Shown in pieces: positions 61,936 through 64,000 of a stretch of DNA of 64,000 nt (its first letter is position 1; each line of letters begins with the position of its first letter). The notes below the pieces were generated by a model. The model saw only the letters and a list, made by a program, of their open reading frames with translations, searched no databases and was not told the origin of the DNA. The position numbers and the translations under genes are program-made. This DNA is from an uncultured Chthonomonadaceae bacterium (GTDB lineage Bacteria > Armatimonadota > Chthonomonadetes > Chthonomonadales > Chthonomonadaceae): the NCBI GenBank assembly GCA_963817895.1, contig CAWFQB010000004.1, forward strand, positions 416,001-480,000, given 5' to 3'.

Positions 61936-62526
61936 ATGGAACCGAAGACGGGTAAGCGCATTGTGAGCAAGGGCAGATATATCAAGTTAATGGGTATGAG
62001 ACTCTAGTCTTCTTGCCTGCGGAGCCGTTTGCATGCTGTGTGTGTTTGTGCTGTCGCCGCCATATTGGGGGTAATGGAAGGCGTGAATGATGTTATCAGA
62101 GGCTCTGTGGGAACAAACTTTTCGTTGCCTTCTGCTAACGGATTTTACGCTACTTGTCTGGTCTGTTTTCTCGTTGGAGTATGTTGTGTATTTCTCGGTG
62201 AAAAGGTGAAAGAAGATGTCATTCCCCTCATCCGCGCCAACATCGCCAACCTTCCTGCTCCCGATAGTCTGGTACGCGCTAGTTCAGAGCCGATACAGGC
62301 GCAAGAGGCCGTGTTACTGAGAGCCGCCGTAAAGGGACAGGAAACGCCGCCTGAGAAATTGGTGCGGGCATCCGGCGCGGAGGTTGATTACTATGACTAT
62401 TTATATCCCCAACCTGCATGCCTTGCCAGAGCATCAACTGTCCCGCCTCGCGCCGGATGCGCGTTTCTCCGTGATGCGGGCGAATGGCGTCGTCTCTGCT
62501 TACGTTTACGAGTGGAGCTGACATGA
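61936..62526 (+). pseudogene. Membrane protein with C-terminal LVRAS/LLRAA repeats, interrupted by an in-frame TAG at 62005
   Basis: AGGAGG RBS + ATG 61936 in frame with ORF 62029; SLVRASS..VLLRAA..KLVRAS motifs. Confidence 0.5.
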
Positions 62527-63059
62527 AGATTGTTATACACGCAGTGCCATGCGCCGTAAGTGGCAACAAGGCTCACCTTGAGGGGTTTATCGGCTGGTCT
62601 CAATCCGTTGCGGGCAGGCGCAGGGCCGAGTTGTGGATGAGGCCCTTCTGCGGCGGATCAGGGCGACTTCAATCATCTGGCTTCGGGGCGGAGGGTACGA
62701 CGAACCGGGATGTGTGGCACAACCGTGTTCAGGACCTAATCGAGCGATGATTTTGCTATAGAAATACCGGGGCACTTATTCTTCTCGGAGGGCAAATCAA
62801 TTTCTTTGAACAGATGAATTGCCAGCAACTCCTGCCTGAAATTGCCTGACGCCAATCAGCAACCTCTCCCACGCGAATGACAGAAAAATCTATCATATCT
62901 AAAGCCAAACGGAAAAAGCGTAATTTTGGCTTTGGACTTTGAAACGCAAAGTTCTTTGATTACGTAACCTATTTGTGTAGCCGTTAAGTTCTTATGCGGT
63001 TCTTTCTGTTTGCTGCCGAAAATAGACTAGAGCGGCGCGAAATTGAGGAGAAATACGTT

Positions 63060-63995
63060 ATGACTGGAAATAGCATCTGTGTCCCGATGATGCCCCATAC
63101 CCGGCGCATTGTGGTTGCGGAAGTGGCCGGGTTTTGCTTTGGCGTGAAGCGGGCGGTAGACATGGCGACGCAGGCGCGGCAGGAGCGGGGCGGCAAAATG
63201 ACCGTTCTCGGCCCCATCGTGCATAATGAGCAGGTGATTGCCCGCCTCAAATCGCAGGGTATAGATACGCTGCCTGTTCTGGATGCCATTCGGGAAGGAA
63301 CGGTAGTGCTGTCCGCGCATGGCGTTGCACCGGACGTTGTCGCGCAGGCGAAAACACAGGGACTGAACATTCTGGATGTCACCTGTCCCTTCGTCACCAA
63401 AGTGCATCGAACCGCCAAACATCTATACGATCAGGGCTATCAGGTTCTGCTTGTGGGCGATCAGGGGCATACGGAAGTGAAGGGAATCGTCGGGGCTGTG
63501 GAAGAATTGGGCGGCGAAGTCACGGTCGTATCGTGTGTGGAAGACGTTCGGGCGTTGTTTCTGGAAGCGAAATTGGGCAAAAAGGTCGGCATTGTCAGTC
63601 AGACGACGCAGCGTAGCGCGGACTTCGGCGCTATTGTGGGCGAGGTCGCCAAAACCGCAACCGATATACGCGCCGTCAACACCATCTGCTACGCGACGGA
63701 TGAGTTGCAGGAAGCGGCGATTCGACTGGCCCGACAGGTGGATGTCGCCCTCGTCATCGGCGGCAAGAAAAGCGCGAACACGCGACGCCTGCGCCAGTTG
63801 TGCGAGGAGCAGGGCATCCCCGCCTACCATATCGAAACTCCCGAAGAGATCAACCCGGACTGGCTGGACGGCAAGGATACGATTGGCCTGACGGCAGGCG
63901 CGTCCACGCCCGATTGGATTATCGAAGACGTGGCCCGCGCCCTCAACAACGGCCAACTCCCCGCAGACTGGCAACTGCGCCACCCGGAAGTGTAG
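63060..63995 (+). CDS. ispH: 4-hydroxy-3-methylbut-2-enyl diphosphate reductase
   Basis: AGFCFGVKRAV, IVHN, SAHG, DVTCPFV.KVH, QTT, NTICYAT, SANT, TAGASTP. Confidence 0.97.
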   Translation: MTGNSICVPMMPHTRRIVVAEVAGFCFGVKRAVDMATQARQERGGKMTVLGPIVHNEQVIARLKSQGIDTLPVLDAIREGTVVLSAHGVAPDVVAQAKTQGLNILDVTCPFVTKVHRTAKHLYDQGYQVLLVGDQGHTEVKGIVGAVEELGGEVTVVSCVEDVRALFLEAKLGKKVGIVSQTTQRSADFGAIVGEVAKTATDIRAVNTICYATDELQEAAIRLARQVDVALVIGGKKSANTRRLRQLCEEQGIPAYHIETPEEINPDWLDGKDTIGLTAGASTPDWIIEDVARALNNGQLPADWQLRHPEV

Positions 63996-64000
63996 ATGCG

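Noticed and set aside
62005..62007. Recoded TAG (pyrrolysine or readthrough)
   Set aside because: Single instance in a poorly conserved gene; TAG serves as a normal stop for other genes in this window.
62484..62775. Overlapping short ORFs upstream of ispH
   Set aside because: No motifs or convincing RBS; not supportable as genes.

Overview
A 64-kb GC-rich bacterial window. The style of the PEP-CTERM tails and a 'LxRAS/LLRAA' protein family suggest Armatimonadota, but that is inference only. Contents in order: (1) a PAS/hybrid-kinase phosphorelay pair, a Hyi-family protein, an OmpR-type two-component system and an orphan sugar-binding lipoprotein followed by an IS5-family element. (2) An accessory block of about 15 kb (11.6-26.7 kb) ending at tRNA-Thr(CGT). 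It holds an MTase-Mrr fusion, a stand-alone colicin-D-like toxin with a CPCC partner, Uma2, a BNR propeller, a MoxR-like AAA+ / metallopeptidase-vWA pair followed by five tandem paralogs of an unrecognised ~340-390 aa family, and a papain-like peptidase split by an IS1-family element. (3) Stress genes (Prx, Dps). (4) A complete ctaA-ctaB-actABCDEF(G)-sco-coxBACD cluster (alternative complex III plus caa3 oxidase) with a Rex-like operator. (5) Assorted genes ending with an orphan flhF and ispH. Two PEP-CTERM genes share a sigma-54 promoter motif. Tandem 7-8-mer repeat palindromes with different units sit in many intergenic gaps and one such repeat lies inside flhF. About ten single-base frameshifts, several in respiratory genes, most likely reflect long-read assembly errors. 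Best candidate for an undescribed system: the AAA-vWA-five-paralog array at 16057-23935. All family assignments are from motif recognition by eye; no searches were run.
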